A stretch of DNA of 64,000 bases from a virus (taxonomy: Duplodnaviria; Caudoviricetes). A program made the position numbers and the translations under genes. The stretch spans positions 32,001 through 96,000 of the IMG/VR virus record IMGVR_UViG_2576861548_000003; one strand, given 5' to 3'. This document shows positions 39,748 through 49,085 of this stretch, piece by piece. How positions within the stretch are numbered: position 1 is the stretch's first letter; the number at the start of each line of letters is the position of its first letter. Under the pieces are notes generated by a model. It ran no database searches. It was not told the origin of the DNA and saw only the letters and a program-made list of their open reading frames with translations.

Positions 39748-41258
39748 CAATAGCAGATGAAAAATCTTTGCGGAAAATCAAATCATGGACAGAAGACTGG
39801 AATAGGTTTGTGCGTGATGCTCTTAAAGCTCGTTTGGATAAGGAGCAACAGGATATTATTTCATCTGTGCAGTACAATCCTATGACAGCTGTTGCATCGG
39901 GAACAGCTCGTGGTAAGGACTTCGTGGCGGCCTGTGCATCTTTGTGTTTCATGTATCTTACTCCTCGTTGGAAAGATGGGAAGTTGACTAAAAACACTAA
40001 AATTGCTATGACAGCGCCTACCGCTCGTCAAGTACAAAATATTATGATTCCGGAAATCTCACGTTTATACAGGAATGCAGGTTTCCTTCCGGGAAGATTG
40101 TTGTCGTCAGGTATAAAGACTGATTACGAAGAGTGGTTCCTGACGGGGTTTAAGGCGGGTGATGATAACACCGAAGCATGGTCCGGTTTTCACGCTGTAA
40201 ATACGATGTTTGTTGTTACCGAAGCTTCTGGTATTTCTGAATCAACGTATAACGCCATTGAAGGTAACTTACAAGGTAATTCTCGTTTGCTTATCGTGTT
40301 TAATCCGAATGTTACTACCGGTTATGCCGCACGCGCTATGAAGTCGGAGCGTTTTGCAAAATTTCGTTTGGATTCTCTTAATGCGGAGAATGTGGTATCT
40401 AAGAAAGCTGTAATTCCAGGACAGGTAAACTACGAGTGGGTTAAGGATAAAGTTGAGAATTGGTGTTCTCTGTTACAGAAAGCAGATTTCAATGAGGGAG
40501 AGGGAGATTTTACATGGGAAGGTAAGTTATATCGTCCAAATGATCTTTTCCGTGTCAAGGTCAGAGGTATGTTCCCTAAAGTTTCCGAGGATGTACTTAT
40601 ACCTTATGAATGGATAGAAATAGCAAACAGAAATTGGCAGGAATTACAGGCAAGCGGCTTCATTCCATCCAAATCGTGCAAGTTAGGTGTTGACGTGGCT
40701 GGTATGGGACGCGACAATAGTGTACTTTGTCCTCGATATGGTAACTATGTGGCGCAATTTGAAGTACATCAATCCGCTGGTCGAGCAGACCATATGCATG
40801 TAGTCGGTATGGCGATACCCTATTTGAAGAAGAGGGGAGCTAAAGCATTTATTGATACGATAGGAGAGGGGGCAGGTGTTTATTCCCGCTTGTTAGAAGA
40901 AGAATTTACAAATGCTTTTTCATGTAAATATTCAGAAGGTGCGGATGGATTGCATGATATTACCGGAGAATATGAATTTGCCAATATGCGCGCATATTTG
41001 TATTGGGCTTTGCGCGACTGGCTCAATCCTAAAAATGGATTTGGTGCAGCTTTACCTCCATGTGACCAGTTAATGGAAGAAGCGACTGAAACTAAATGGA
41101 AGTTTCTCAGTAATGGAAAGATTATCATTGAGGCTAAAGAAGACATAAAAAAACGTATCAAGCGTTCTCCTGACTATATGGATGCATTAGCGAATACATT
41201 TTATCCTAGGGATTACAGCTTTATTAGCGATGAAGAGCTGCTCAAAGATTTTTTGTAG
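39744..41258 (+). CDS. terL: Terminase large subunit
   Basis: ASGTARGKD Walker A, VVTEASG Walker B variant, LGVDVAGMGRD, RSPDYMDAL. Confidence 0.93.
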   Translation: MTIADEKSLRKIKSWTEDWNRFVRDALKARLDKEQQDIISSVQYNPMTAVASGTARGKDFVAACASLCFMYLTPRWKDGKLTKNTKIAMTAPTARQVQNIMIPEISRLYRNAGFLPGRLLSSGIKTDYEEWFLTGFKAGDDNTEAWSGFHAVNTMFVVTEASGISESTYNAIEGNLQGNSRLLIVFNPNVTTGYAARAMKSERFAKFRLDSLNAENVVSKKAVIPGQVNYEWVKDKVENWCSLLQKADFNEGEGDFTWEGKLYRPNDLFRVKVRGMFPKVSEDVLIPYEWIEIANRNWQELQASGFIPSKSCKLGVDVAGMGRDNSVLCPRYGNYVAQFEVHQSAGRADHMHVVGMAIPYLKKRGAKAFIDTIGEGAGVYSRLLEEEFTNAFSCKYSEGADGLHDITGEYEFANMRAYLYWALRDWLNPKNGFGAALPPCDQLMEEATETKWKFLSNGKIIIEAKEDIKKRIKRSPDYMDALANTFYPRDYSFISDEELLKDFL

Positions 41259-41286
41259 TTGTGTTTCTTTTAGTACCTTTGTAACC

Positions 41287-41354
41287 GAAAACACTTCTTT
41301 TGTGTTTTCATTGCTCTTATGTGCACTGGCTTGTGAAAGTCGGTGCCATTTTTG
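41287..41354 (+). ncRNA. Putative trans-acting sRNA antisense to phage start-codon regions
   Basis: -7 element TACCTTTG 41274-41281; hairpin-seed-terminator layout; 19-nt complement to 4751..4769. Confidence 0.55.
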
Positions 41355-41417
41355 TTCTATGTCAAAAGTTAAATCTTTGATTTAGAGAGGTTTGTTGTAA
41401 AAATAAAAGTGCAAATG

Positions 41418-41499
41418 TTTGGATAACTCGTTGATAATTATTATCTTTACAATACAAAAAGAAACCAATAATACTAACAATTAAAAGACAAGGGCAATG
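41418..41499 (+). promoter_or_regulatory. 82-bp promoter/leader cassette, copy B
   Basis: Repeat of 29672..29753. Confidence 0.75.
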
Positions 41500-42286
41500 A
41501 AAGCAACAACAATCCAACAGAGAATAATAGAAAAGTTCATCATGTCAGAGTTTGTACAAGGTAACTTAGATACAAAAGAACAGGTTAGCTGTATGCTTAT
41601 CCTAATTCAAAAGAAGCTGAATATGTCAGTAGAGCAAGCAAGTGACTTTATGAGAAAATCAATTGGTATTAACGCTTAATACACACGATTATGAAAGTAT
41701 ATGATATAAATGGCAATGTAGTAGCAGAAGGCTATTTAGTTCCCAATCCCAATTTCATTCCTAAAGGTGAATACAAAGAAACTGAACTGGATTATCAAAA
41801 GAAGCAAGCTGATATGTTGATAACTTCAATTGATGGCAGTTTCTATGAAATCAGTTTGCCTAAAAATGCTACACTTCGCCAGAAGATAAGCAAAGATATA
41901 AAAGGATATGGCAGAAACGTAAGAAGGTATAATGAAGATATAATTCATGTAACAGAAAAAGTCCTAAAGATTTTGCAAACTAAATATACTATAATGTGTG
42001 ACTTTTAAAAATAGATATGACACAAGATCGACTTGATATATTTGAAAAAGTACTCCTTCTTTATGGAGAATACGTCTTACTCAATCTTTATTCTTCTGCT
42101 AAAGTTATGGAAAGGTACGAAGATTGTGCCATTATGCGAGATTTGATGAAAAGGCACAATATTGATGAACGTAATGAAATCCAGGATTGGCAAGCTGAAT
42201 TATGGCGTTGTGGATATTCTGGTGAAATTGCTGGCATTAACTTTCCATATTATATGCATGAAGCTGTAAAAATGGTAGGTTATTAG
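41497..42286 (+). other. Three small accessory genes between terL and portal (41497, 41691, 42017)
   Basis: 60, 105 and 89 aa ORFs behind their own promoter cassette. Confidence 0.65.
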
Positions 42287-42311
42287 ATAAATATTATTAT
42301 TTTTTTTGTTT

Positions 42312-42348
42312 AAAAGTGGCATAGTGAATGTCACTTTTGTTATATTTG
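42312..42348 (+). promoter_or_regulatory. Palindromic promoter motif, copy 3 (portal)
   Basis: AAAAGTGG-N11-TCACTTTT-N2-TATATTTG. Confidence 0.75.
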
Positions 42349-42471
42349 CACCATAGCATCTGATGCTAACGTATCCTTTCACGTTCTCGGGTATACGTAT
42401 TGTTTTATCCGGTCCCTTTTGGAAGGTATTTATTGTTGTTCAACTAATTACCGTATGAAGATGTACGGAAC

Positions 42472-43878
42472 ATGCCCATGGATGAAATAACCGCTATATT
42501 AGACAGTACCCGACCTGTTGATAATATTATCAACGACTTAAAAGAGAAATCAGTCTGTGTCCCCTCATGGGATAAACTTATCAAAGACTATGAACCAACG
42601 ATGCACGACATAGTTACTGATACTGTTACTCGTCAAAACAAGGTAAGGTCTGACGGTACGGTAGAGCAAGCTTCACGTATCTATGTTGGTCTTGAAAAGC
42701 TTCTAACGAAGCGAATAACAGAGTTCATGTATTCTATTCCGGTAAAACGTATATATCACAATATAGAGGGTAATCCTACCAGACAACAAATAGCAAAAGC
42801 GATCGAAGCAATATACAAGTATGCTCGTATTGATAGTGAGAATATTAAGCGAGGTAATGCTTACTTTGCATCATGTGAAGTGTTCACTATTTGGTACACA
42901 GTTGAGAGCCCCAATACTCTATATGGTTTTACAAGTAGATATAAACTAAAATGTAAGACCTACTCACCAATGGACGGTGTTAAGCTATATCCTTTACTTG
43001 ATGAACTTGGTGATATGATCGCAATGTCTTTTGAATACACAAAAAAGGTCAAAAATGAACAAATTACTTTTTTTGAGACATATACAGCAAACATGCATTA
43101 TAAGTGGAAACAGGAGGGTAGCGGATGGGAATTAGTCAAATCAGAACCGGTTGCTATTCTAAAAATACCAGGAGTCTACGCCTATTGTTCGGTACCTATT
43201 TATCACGGGCTTTCCTATATCAGAAAAGAAATAGAATATACCCTTTCACGCAATAGCGATGTAATCGCGTATAATTCCGCTCCTATACTAAAAATAGCTG
43301 GTGGGATAAAGGGTAGTGAGAATAAAGGAGAAAGTCGTAGAGTTTATCGCGTAGAACAAAATGGGGATGTAGCCTATGTTTCGTGGGCACAATCTATCGA
43401 GGCATTAAAATACCATGTTGACACTTTAGTCAAATTGTTTTGGTCACAATCACAAATGCCAGATATCTCTTTTGAAAACATGAAATCTCTCGGTAATATC
43501 GGATTTGATGCAAGGCAGACTTTACTTACTGACGCTCATTTAAAGGTTGGAGACGAAAGCGGAGCGTGGATAGAAGCATTTGAACGCGAATGTAGTGTAA
43601 TTAAGGCCTTCTTGAAAATGATGAATGTTACGTGGAAAGGTGAAGTAGATAATGTTGAAGTTGAGCATGTTATTACTCCGTTTATCCAAAATGATGAAAA
43701 GTCAGAAATAGAGAAGTGGGTTACAGCCAGTGGGGGGAAAGCGGTTGTCAGTCAATTAGAGGCCATCAAGAACTTGGGCATTTCTACCGATCCGCAAGAG
43801 ACTCTCTCTCAAATTCAAAAAGAAGATGAAACTGCTTCTAGAATCAGAGTGAGCAACATATTTGAACAATCAGAATAA
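42472..43878 (+). CDS. Portal protein (SPP1 gp6-like)
   Basis: 468 aa; position between terL and MuF; SQMPDISFENM. Confidence 0.85.
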   Translation: MPMDEITAILDSTRPVDNIINDLKEKSVCVPSWDKLIKDYEPTMHDIVTDTVTRQNKVRSDGTVEQASRIYVGLEKLLTKRITEFMYSIPVKRIYHNIEGNPTRQQIAKAIEAIYKYARIDSENIKRGNAYFASCEVFTIWYTVESPNTLYGFTSRYKLKCKTYSPMDGVKLYPLLDELGDMIAMSFEYTKKVKNEQITFFETYTANMHYKWKQEGSGWELVKSEPVAILKIPGVYAYCSVPIYHGLSYIRKEIEYTLSRNSDVIAYNSAPILKIAGGIKGSENKGESRRVYRVEQNGDVAYVSWAQSIEALKYHVDTLVKLFWSQSQMPDISFENMKSLGNIGFDARQTLLTDAHLKVGDESGAWIEAFERECSVIKAFLKMMNVTWKGEVDNVEVEHVITPFIQNDEKSEIEKWVTASGGKAVVSQLEAIKNLGISTDPQETLSQIQKEDETASRIRVSNIFEQSE

Positions 43879-43898
43879 TAATCTAAAATATAAATATT

Positions 43899-44183
43899 AT
43901 GGCAAAAACGGATACTCTAGAATTTAATAAAGAAAAACAGGGATATTCCTGCGAATTTACCTCTGTTGGGAAATGTGTGATACAGATAGACAGAGAGAAA
44001 AGTGGCACACTTAGTATATACGCAAAGTTGGAAGGAATGGATTATACGCTATTGTATCAATACCCATCTGTTTCATTCAATGATAATATAATTTTTGAGC
44101 TTGATGTACAAAAAGGACTTTCTATCAAGATACTAAGTTCGGTAGGTGTCATGAGTGCAAAGATGACTTATGAAGATTTATAG
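43899..44183 (+). CDS. Hypothetical protein
   Basis: 94-aa ORF. Confidence 0.6.
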   Translation: MAKTDTLEFNKEKQGYSCEFTSVGKCVIQIDREKSGTLSIYAKLEGMDYTLLYQYPSVSFNDNIIFELDVQKGLSIKILSSVGVMSAKMTYEDL

Positions 44184-44257
44184 ATTGTCTGCCAAGTTGT
44201 AGAAAAGGTAAAGACAACATAGGAAATGTTTACGCTGCTGGCTTAAAACTTAAAATC

Positions 44258-44626
44258 ATGAAGACAAAAATATCAAACTGGCTTATTAGATTAGCAGAAA
44301 AAATCAATCCACAAGAAAGATTGAGCAGTATTGAACGAGTTGATAACTACGAAGCAAAGAAGCTTGGTATCTGCCTTGCCAGAACTAAAAAAGAAATCAA
44401 GGATTACCGGAAAAAGAAGAAACTTGATGAAGGGTGGTCCAATCGTAAAGCCGATGAAATGCTTATCAGAGAACTTAAGAACGAAGTGCGCCAGTCAATC
44501 AACAACTCTATCAACCAAAGAGGGTTGGTTGAATACTCCGTTGAAAAGGTTGGTGACGAACTTCATGTTACCGGTGAAATCAAAGTCTATATCAAAAAAG
44601 AATCACATGAAAGTTCCAATAGATGA
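44258..44626 (+). CDS. Hypothetical protein
   Basis: 122-aa ORF. Confidence 0.6.
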   Translation: MKTKISNWLIRLAEKINPQERLSSIERVDNYEAKKLGICLARTKKEIKDYRKKKKLDEGWSNRKADEMLIRELKNEVRQSINNSINQRGLVEYSVEKVGDELHVTGEIKVYIKKESHESSNR

Positions 44627-44969
44627 AATGACGTTTGCCGAAAGCGAATATCATAGAGGTAACAAAATATGGAATGCCCAAACGTTATACGATTTTGCTA
44701 AGGCAAAAGAGTATCCAGTTATGGATATGCCACTTTGGTGCATTGATTTGACTACTGAAGCATTTGAATGCAGCCAACTTCATAGTTTCATATTCCAATG
44801 CAAGCGGGTTCGTAACTGTTCGCTTGATTATCCTATCATATTAGATGAAGTTGGCCAAATTGCTGATGGCTATCATCGTTTATGCAAAGCTATATTAGAG
44901 GGTAAGGAGACAATTAAAGCTATTCGGTTATTGGAAATGCCGGCACCTGATAGGATTGAGGAGGAATAA
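44607..44969 (+). CDS. Small ParB-like protein
   Basis: Likely start ATG 44607; LDYPIIL..IADGYHRLCKA. Confidence 0.75.
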   Translation: MKVPIDEMTFAESEYHRGNKIWNAQTLYDFAKAKEYPVMDMPLWCIDLTTEAFECSQLHSFIFQCKRVRNCSLDYPIILDEVGQIADGYHRLCKAILEGKETIKAIRLLEMPAPDRIEEE

Positions 44970-45353
44970 TATGAAGAAGCATACAAGAATTATTACGGTA
45001 GAATATGTTGTACGAGATTGCCCTATCTGCGGTAAAGTTATAGTGAAGCATCATTTGTATCCAGAAATTGATAAAAAGCAAGAAAAACTGCGTAGATGGC
45101 AAAGGAGGTAATGATTCAGTCTAAATATCATTGTCGAGATTGTGTACACAGCTACGATTGGCATGAGAAAAATAGTAAAGGTGAATTGTTTATGTGCCGA
45201 TGTCGGTTATCTAAATGGACTAAATTTTTGAATCGTAATATATGTGATAAGTTTAAGGAGAAAGAATTGATTCTTAAAAATATGCCATGATTATTAGTCT
45301 AACCCCCGTGATTTTTCTGACAACTTAGAACGTAATATTAAAAATAGGACAAT

Positions 45354-46970
45354 ATGGCAAAACCTAAAATTCCAAATCAGAAAAAGAAGTATCAAGAACT
45401 TAACAGTCGGATAAATAGGTATGTCGTTCTTGTTGAGCAGATATACGACACACTGAATTTGGACGCCGCCAAAGCTGTTTCACGTACGGAATATTCCTCT
45501 GATAGCAATAAACCGTTTAAATGGTCCGATTACCCTCAAACTAAAAAACAAATTGACGACATACAAAGGCATTTCGTAGAAGATATAAACGCAATTATCT
45601 ATCGTGGTACGACCGAAGAATGGAAAAATAGTAATGAAGCACAGGATTTGATAGCAAACAGAGTATTAAAAGCATATAACGCACAAGTTGATAGAGAGAA
45701 ATATAAAGTTTTGTATCAAGTAAATTCTGATGCTCTGAAAGCATTTCAAAACCGGAAGGATAAAGGATTCAATATATCGGCAAAACTCTGGCAGCAATCT
45801 ATGATCTACAAAGAGGAATTGGAGGCTGCGATCTCATGCGCTATTCAAAAAGGAACCAGCGCTGTTACGTTGAGTAAGCAAATATCTCAATACTTACTTG
45901 ATTTTCCATCACTGCAAAAAGATTATAAAGACAGATACGGAAGTGCTGAACATATACAAGATTGTGAATACAGATCTATCCGCCTAGCCCGTTCGGAGAT
46001 AAACATGGCTTATCGAACATCCGAAAATGAACGTTGGAAGCAAATGGATTTCGTAGTAGGATATGAAATTAAATTAAGTTCCTCTCATCACAACCGTATG
46101 CCACATGGAGATATTTGTGATACACTTGCCGGAAAATATCCTAAAGATTTCAGATGGACAGGATGGCACCCGAACGACTTATGTTATAAAGTCCCTATCC
46201 TCAAAACAGAAGAAGAATTCTGGGAATGGGATGGACTGAGCGATGTTTCTACAGAAAGTATTAATGAAGTAAAGGATGTTCCTGACGAATTTAAAAAATG
46301 GGTACTTGACAACCAACAAAAGATTGAGAAAGCGCGGGAAAGAAACACCTTACCTTATTTTTTGAGAGATAACAAATCAATTGTTCAGAATATAAATACT
46401 GAAAATTCAGCTAAAGAGCTTGTTAATCGTGCTTCTTTAGTTGGGAAGGAGGTACAAAGTTTAGCAGAATCCATCGCTAAAAATAATAAAGGATTTGTAA
46501 CTCCAATCAATTACAAAAGCATTTCATCAATAACAAGAAAAGCGACAACGGAGGGTATAACTCCATACGATATAAAAGACGCAGTTAGGACGACAATCAT
46601 AGTTCCCAAATCACAAATAGATCAAGTCTTGAACGAACTATCTGAAAACGATTCGTTTGTGCGACTGAAAAGACAAAAGCCGGAATCATTTATGGGATAT
46701 AGTGGCAATATAGTTAATATTCAAACATCTAACGGATTAATTGCTGAGATTCAAGTTAATACAGACCGTATGATTTATGCCAAAGAAAAACCGGAAGACG
46801 CAAAACGAATTCTTGGAGAAAAACGTTGGAAGGATATACAAAATCAAACAGGTATGAAGGGGGGGCTGGGGCATAAATATTATGAAGAATGGCGAGTATT
46901 AGACAAAGCTGATAAAAAGGCGCAAAAAATAGTTGAAAAATCAATCGAATATTATAGTCATTTCCAATAA
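45354..46970 (+). CDS. MuF minor head protein with C-terminal RelA/SpoT-type nucleotidyltransferase toxin (Apk2-like)
   Basis: RLARSEINMAY, CD.LAGKYPK, WHPNDLC (MuF); DAVRTTII, GYSG, AEIQVNT, GH..YE (synthetase). Confidence 0.85.
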   Translation: MAKPKIPNQKKKYQELNSRINRYVVLVEQIYDTLNLDAAKAVSRTEYSSDSNKPFKWSDYPQTKKQIDDIQRHFVEDINAIIYRGTTEEWKNSNEAQDLIANRVLKAYNAQVDREKYKVLYQVNSDALKAFQNRKDKGFNISAKLWQQSMIYKEELEAAISCAIQKGTSAVTLSKQISQYLLDFPSLQKDYKDRYGSAEHIQDCEYRSIRLARSEINMAYRTSENERWKQMDFVVGYEIKLSSSHHNRMPHGDICDTLAGKYPKDFRWTGWHPNDLCYKVPILKTEEEFWEWDGLSDVSTESINEVKDVPDEFKKWVLDNQQKIEKARERNTLPYFLRDNKSIVQNINTENSAKELVNRASLVGKEVQSLAESIAKNNKGFVTPINYKSISSITRKATTEGITPYDIKDAVRTTIIVPKSQIDQVLNELSENDSFVRLKRQKPESFMGYSGNIVNIQTSNGLIAEIQVNTDRMIYAKEKPEDAKRILGEKRWKDIQNQTGMKGGLGHKYYEEWRVLDKADKKAQKIVEKSIEYYSHFQ

Positions 46971-46994
46971 AAATCACTATCTTTACATATAAAA

Positions 46995-47222
46995 ATGAAC
47001 CAGAAGGAATTATATAATAAATTACAGTCAGGCGAAACGGTTTATTTACTTGACGATTTTGAAGAAGCTGTTATCCGTTTATATTTCGATAACGGCCAAA
47101 CAAAATCATATATAAAACATCATGGACGTAATGAAATAGAAATTCCGCAATCCGATGATACAGTGTGTGATATAATTCTTGGAGGAAAAGAGATTTCAAA
47201 ATCAGAATATGACAAATACTAG
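46995..47222 (+). CDS. Small putative immunity protein (IapK-like by position)
   Basis: 75 aa between toxin and hydrolase. Confidence 0.55.
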   Translation: MNQKELYNKLQSGETVYLLDDFEEAVIRLYFDNGQTKSYIKHHGRNEIEIPQSDDTVCDIILGGKEISKSEYDKY

Positions 47223-47640
47223 TACTTTATTAGAAAAAGCTCTTCAAATAGCAACTGATGCGCATCTTTATCAAGTTGACAAAGCTGGGGTACCTTATAT
47301 TTTCCATCCTATCCGTGTCTCAAACAGATGTTCTACTGATGACGAAAGGATTGTTGCTTTGCTGCACGATACAATAGAAGATACCGAAGTTACCGCTGAA
47401 TATTTACTTATGGAAGGGTTTCCTCGTAATATAGTAGATGCTATACTTTCTGTCACTCGCAACGAGGATGAAAACTATGAAGATTTCATAAAACGCTCTA
47501 GGCTTAATCCTATAGGAAGACAAGTAAAACTACATGATTTAGAAGACAACATGGATATAACACGTTTGAATGAACTTACAGAAAAGGATCTTTACAGATT
47601 GAACAAATACATAAAAGCATATAAATATCTTAAAGAATAA
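47208..47640 (+). CDS. HD-domain small alarmone hydrolase (Aph1/Mesh1-like)
   Basis: AHLYQVDKAGVPYIFHP, ALLHDTIEDT, VKLHDLEDN. Confidence 0.88.
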
Positions 47641-47667
47641 TCGCTGATGTACAATTACATTCAGTTT

Positions 47668-47702
47668 CACGGCACGAAGTACAAGATTACTCTCGTGCCG
47701 TG
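47668..47702 (+). terminator. Hairpin after toxin cassette
   Basis: CACGGCACGA..TCGTGCCGTG inverted repeat. Confidence 0.6.
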
Positions 47703-47726
47703 CGTTTATTATGATAGTTTAACATT

Positions 47727-47763
47727 AAAAGTGGCGTTGTTTATGTCACTTTTGCTACTTTTG
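47727..47763 (+). promoter_or_regulatory. Palindromic promoter motif, copy 4 (scaffold/capsid)
   Basis: AAAAGTGG-N11-TCACTTTT-N2-TACTTTTG. Confidence 0.75.
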
Positions 47764-47932
47764 TATCAGAAGCGTATGAAGATGTACGCCACAGAACTTG
47801 TCGTGTTGTGATTTGCTTCAATTTAGCACGATTGAACGAAACTCATTGCTCTAATGTTTAGTAAAGTTCTAAGCGAATAGTCTGCTGGCATACGTGCTAC
47901 GCAGACTATTTTTGTAATTAAAACATTGTACA

Positions 47933-48652
47933 ATGGACAGAAAACAACAAGTATTGTTGAGATTGAAACCGAAAGTGAAGGCATTCGGGTTCAATTCAAG
48001 GGAATTAAAGGGTATTGCTGCCAAGATTGCCGATAACCTTACTTCCGCAGATGATGCCTCAGATGAAGACGTAAATGCAGAAATTGACAAAGAGATTGAC
48101 TCCGCATTACGTTACTTGCCTTTCGGCCAGTCACAAGCCAATCGCTTGCTTGATGAATGGAAGAAAAATCACCCTGAAACAGATGACGACGACAACGATG
48201 ACGATGATGACGACGACGGAGCTTCGGATAATCAAAGACGTCAAGCTGGTTCAAACACCAAAAATCCCAAAAACAAAGGAAAGAATGATGATGCTCCGGA
48301 ATGGGCTAAAGGTTTGGTTCAGACAGTACAAACACTGAATGACGAAATCGCAGCATTGAAAGGTGAAAAAGTTACCACTACACGTAGAGAGAAACTTGAA
48401 ACCCTTTTAAAAGATGCTGGTACATTCGGAACTCGCACATTGAAATCCTTCAATAAAATGAAGTTTGAAAATGATGAAGAGTTTGAAGAATTCTATTCCG
48501 AAGTTGAGGAAGATTTAAAATCTTACAACCAAGAACGTGCCGACGCAGGACTATCTAGTTTGGGGAATCCTCCAGGTGCAGGAAGTAAGAAACAAGAAAA
48601 AAATGAAGTATTAACCGATGAAGAGGTTATAGCAATTGCTAAAGGCCTTTAA
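47933..48652 (+). CDS. Capsid scaffolding protein
   Basis: Acidic poly-Asp linker, helical, upstream of capsid genes. Confidence 0.7.
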   Translation: MDRKQQVLLRLKPKVKAFGFNSRELKGIAAKIADNLTSADDASDEDVNAEIDKEIDSALRYLPFGQSQANRLLDEWKKNHPETDDDDNDDDDDDDGASDNQRRQAGSNTKNPKNKGKNDDAPEWAKGLVQTVQTLNDEIAALKGEKVTTTRREKLETLLKDAGTFGTRTLKSFNKMKFENDEEFEEFYSEVEEDLKSYNQERADAGLSSLGNPPGAGSKKQEKNEVLTDEEVIAIAKGL

Positions 48653-48669
48653 TCAAAAGTAAAATTAAA

Positions 48670-49071
48670 ATGGGCGCAAAAGCTGATTTAGTAAACGAAC
48701 AGGAGACGATTTTAACCGGAATGGATTCGATTGTTATTCGTAACTATTTGGGCGGAATTATGAATGGGCGGACATTAGACATGACTGGATTTAAGCAGTC
48801 TGTAATTAAAGCCGGTCATATTGTTATCCGCGATACAGAGAACGATACCTATAAGCCAATGCCTGTTAACTCAGCAGGCACAGCTTACGAATCATTGCCA
48901 TCTAATCATGAATACGTTGGTGTTGTTGTTTGTTCAAAACCTGCCGACAAGCCATTCGTTGGTATTATGTATGCTGGTGAAGTAAATGATGTGGCGAGTC
49001 CTTATCCTATTGACAGCATTAAGGCTGCATTAAAAACGGCATTGCCGCAATTGGCTTTTTTACACGATTAA
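48670..49071 (+). CDS. Head decoration protein
   Basis: 133 aa between scaffold and MCP. Confidence 0.65.
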   Translation: MGAKADLVNEQETILTGMDSIVIRNYLGGIMNGRTLDMTGFKQSVIKAGHIVIRDTENDTYKPMPVNSAGTAYESLPSNHEYVGVVVCSKPADKPFVGIMYAGEVNDVASPYPIDSIKAALKTALPQLAFLHD

Positions 49072-49085
49072 AAAGGAGGTGAAAG

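Noticed and set aside
48183-48218. GAC/GAT trinucleotide repeat
   Set aside because: Encodes a poly-Asp linker in the scaffold protein; ordinary low complexity
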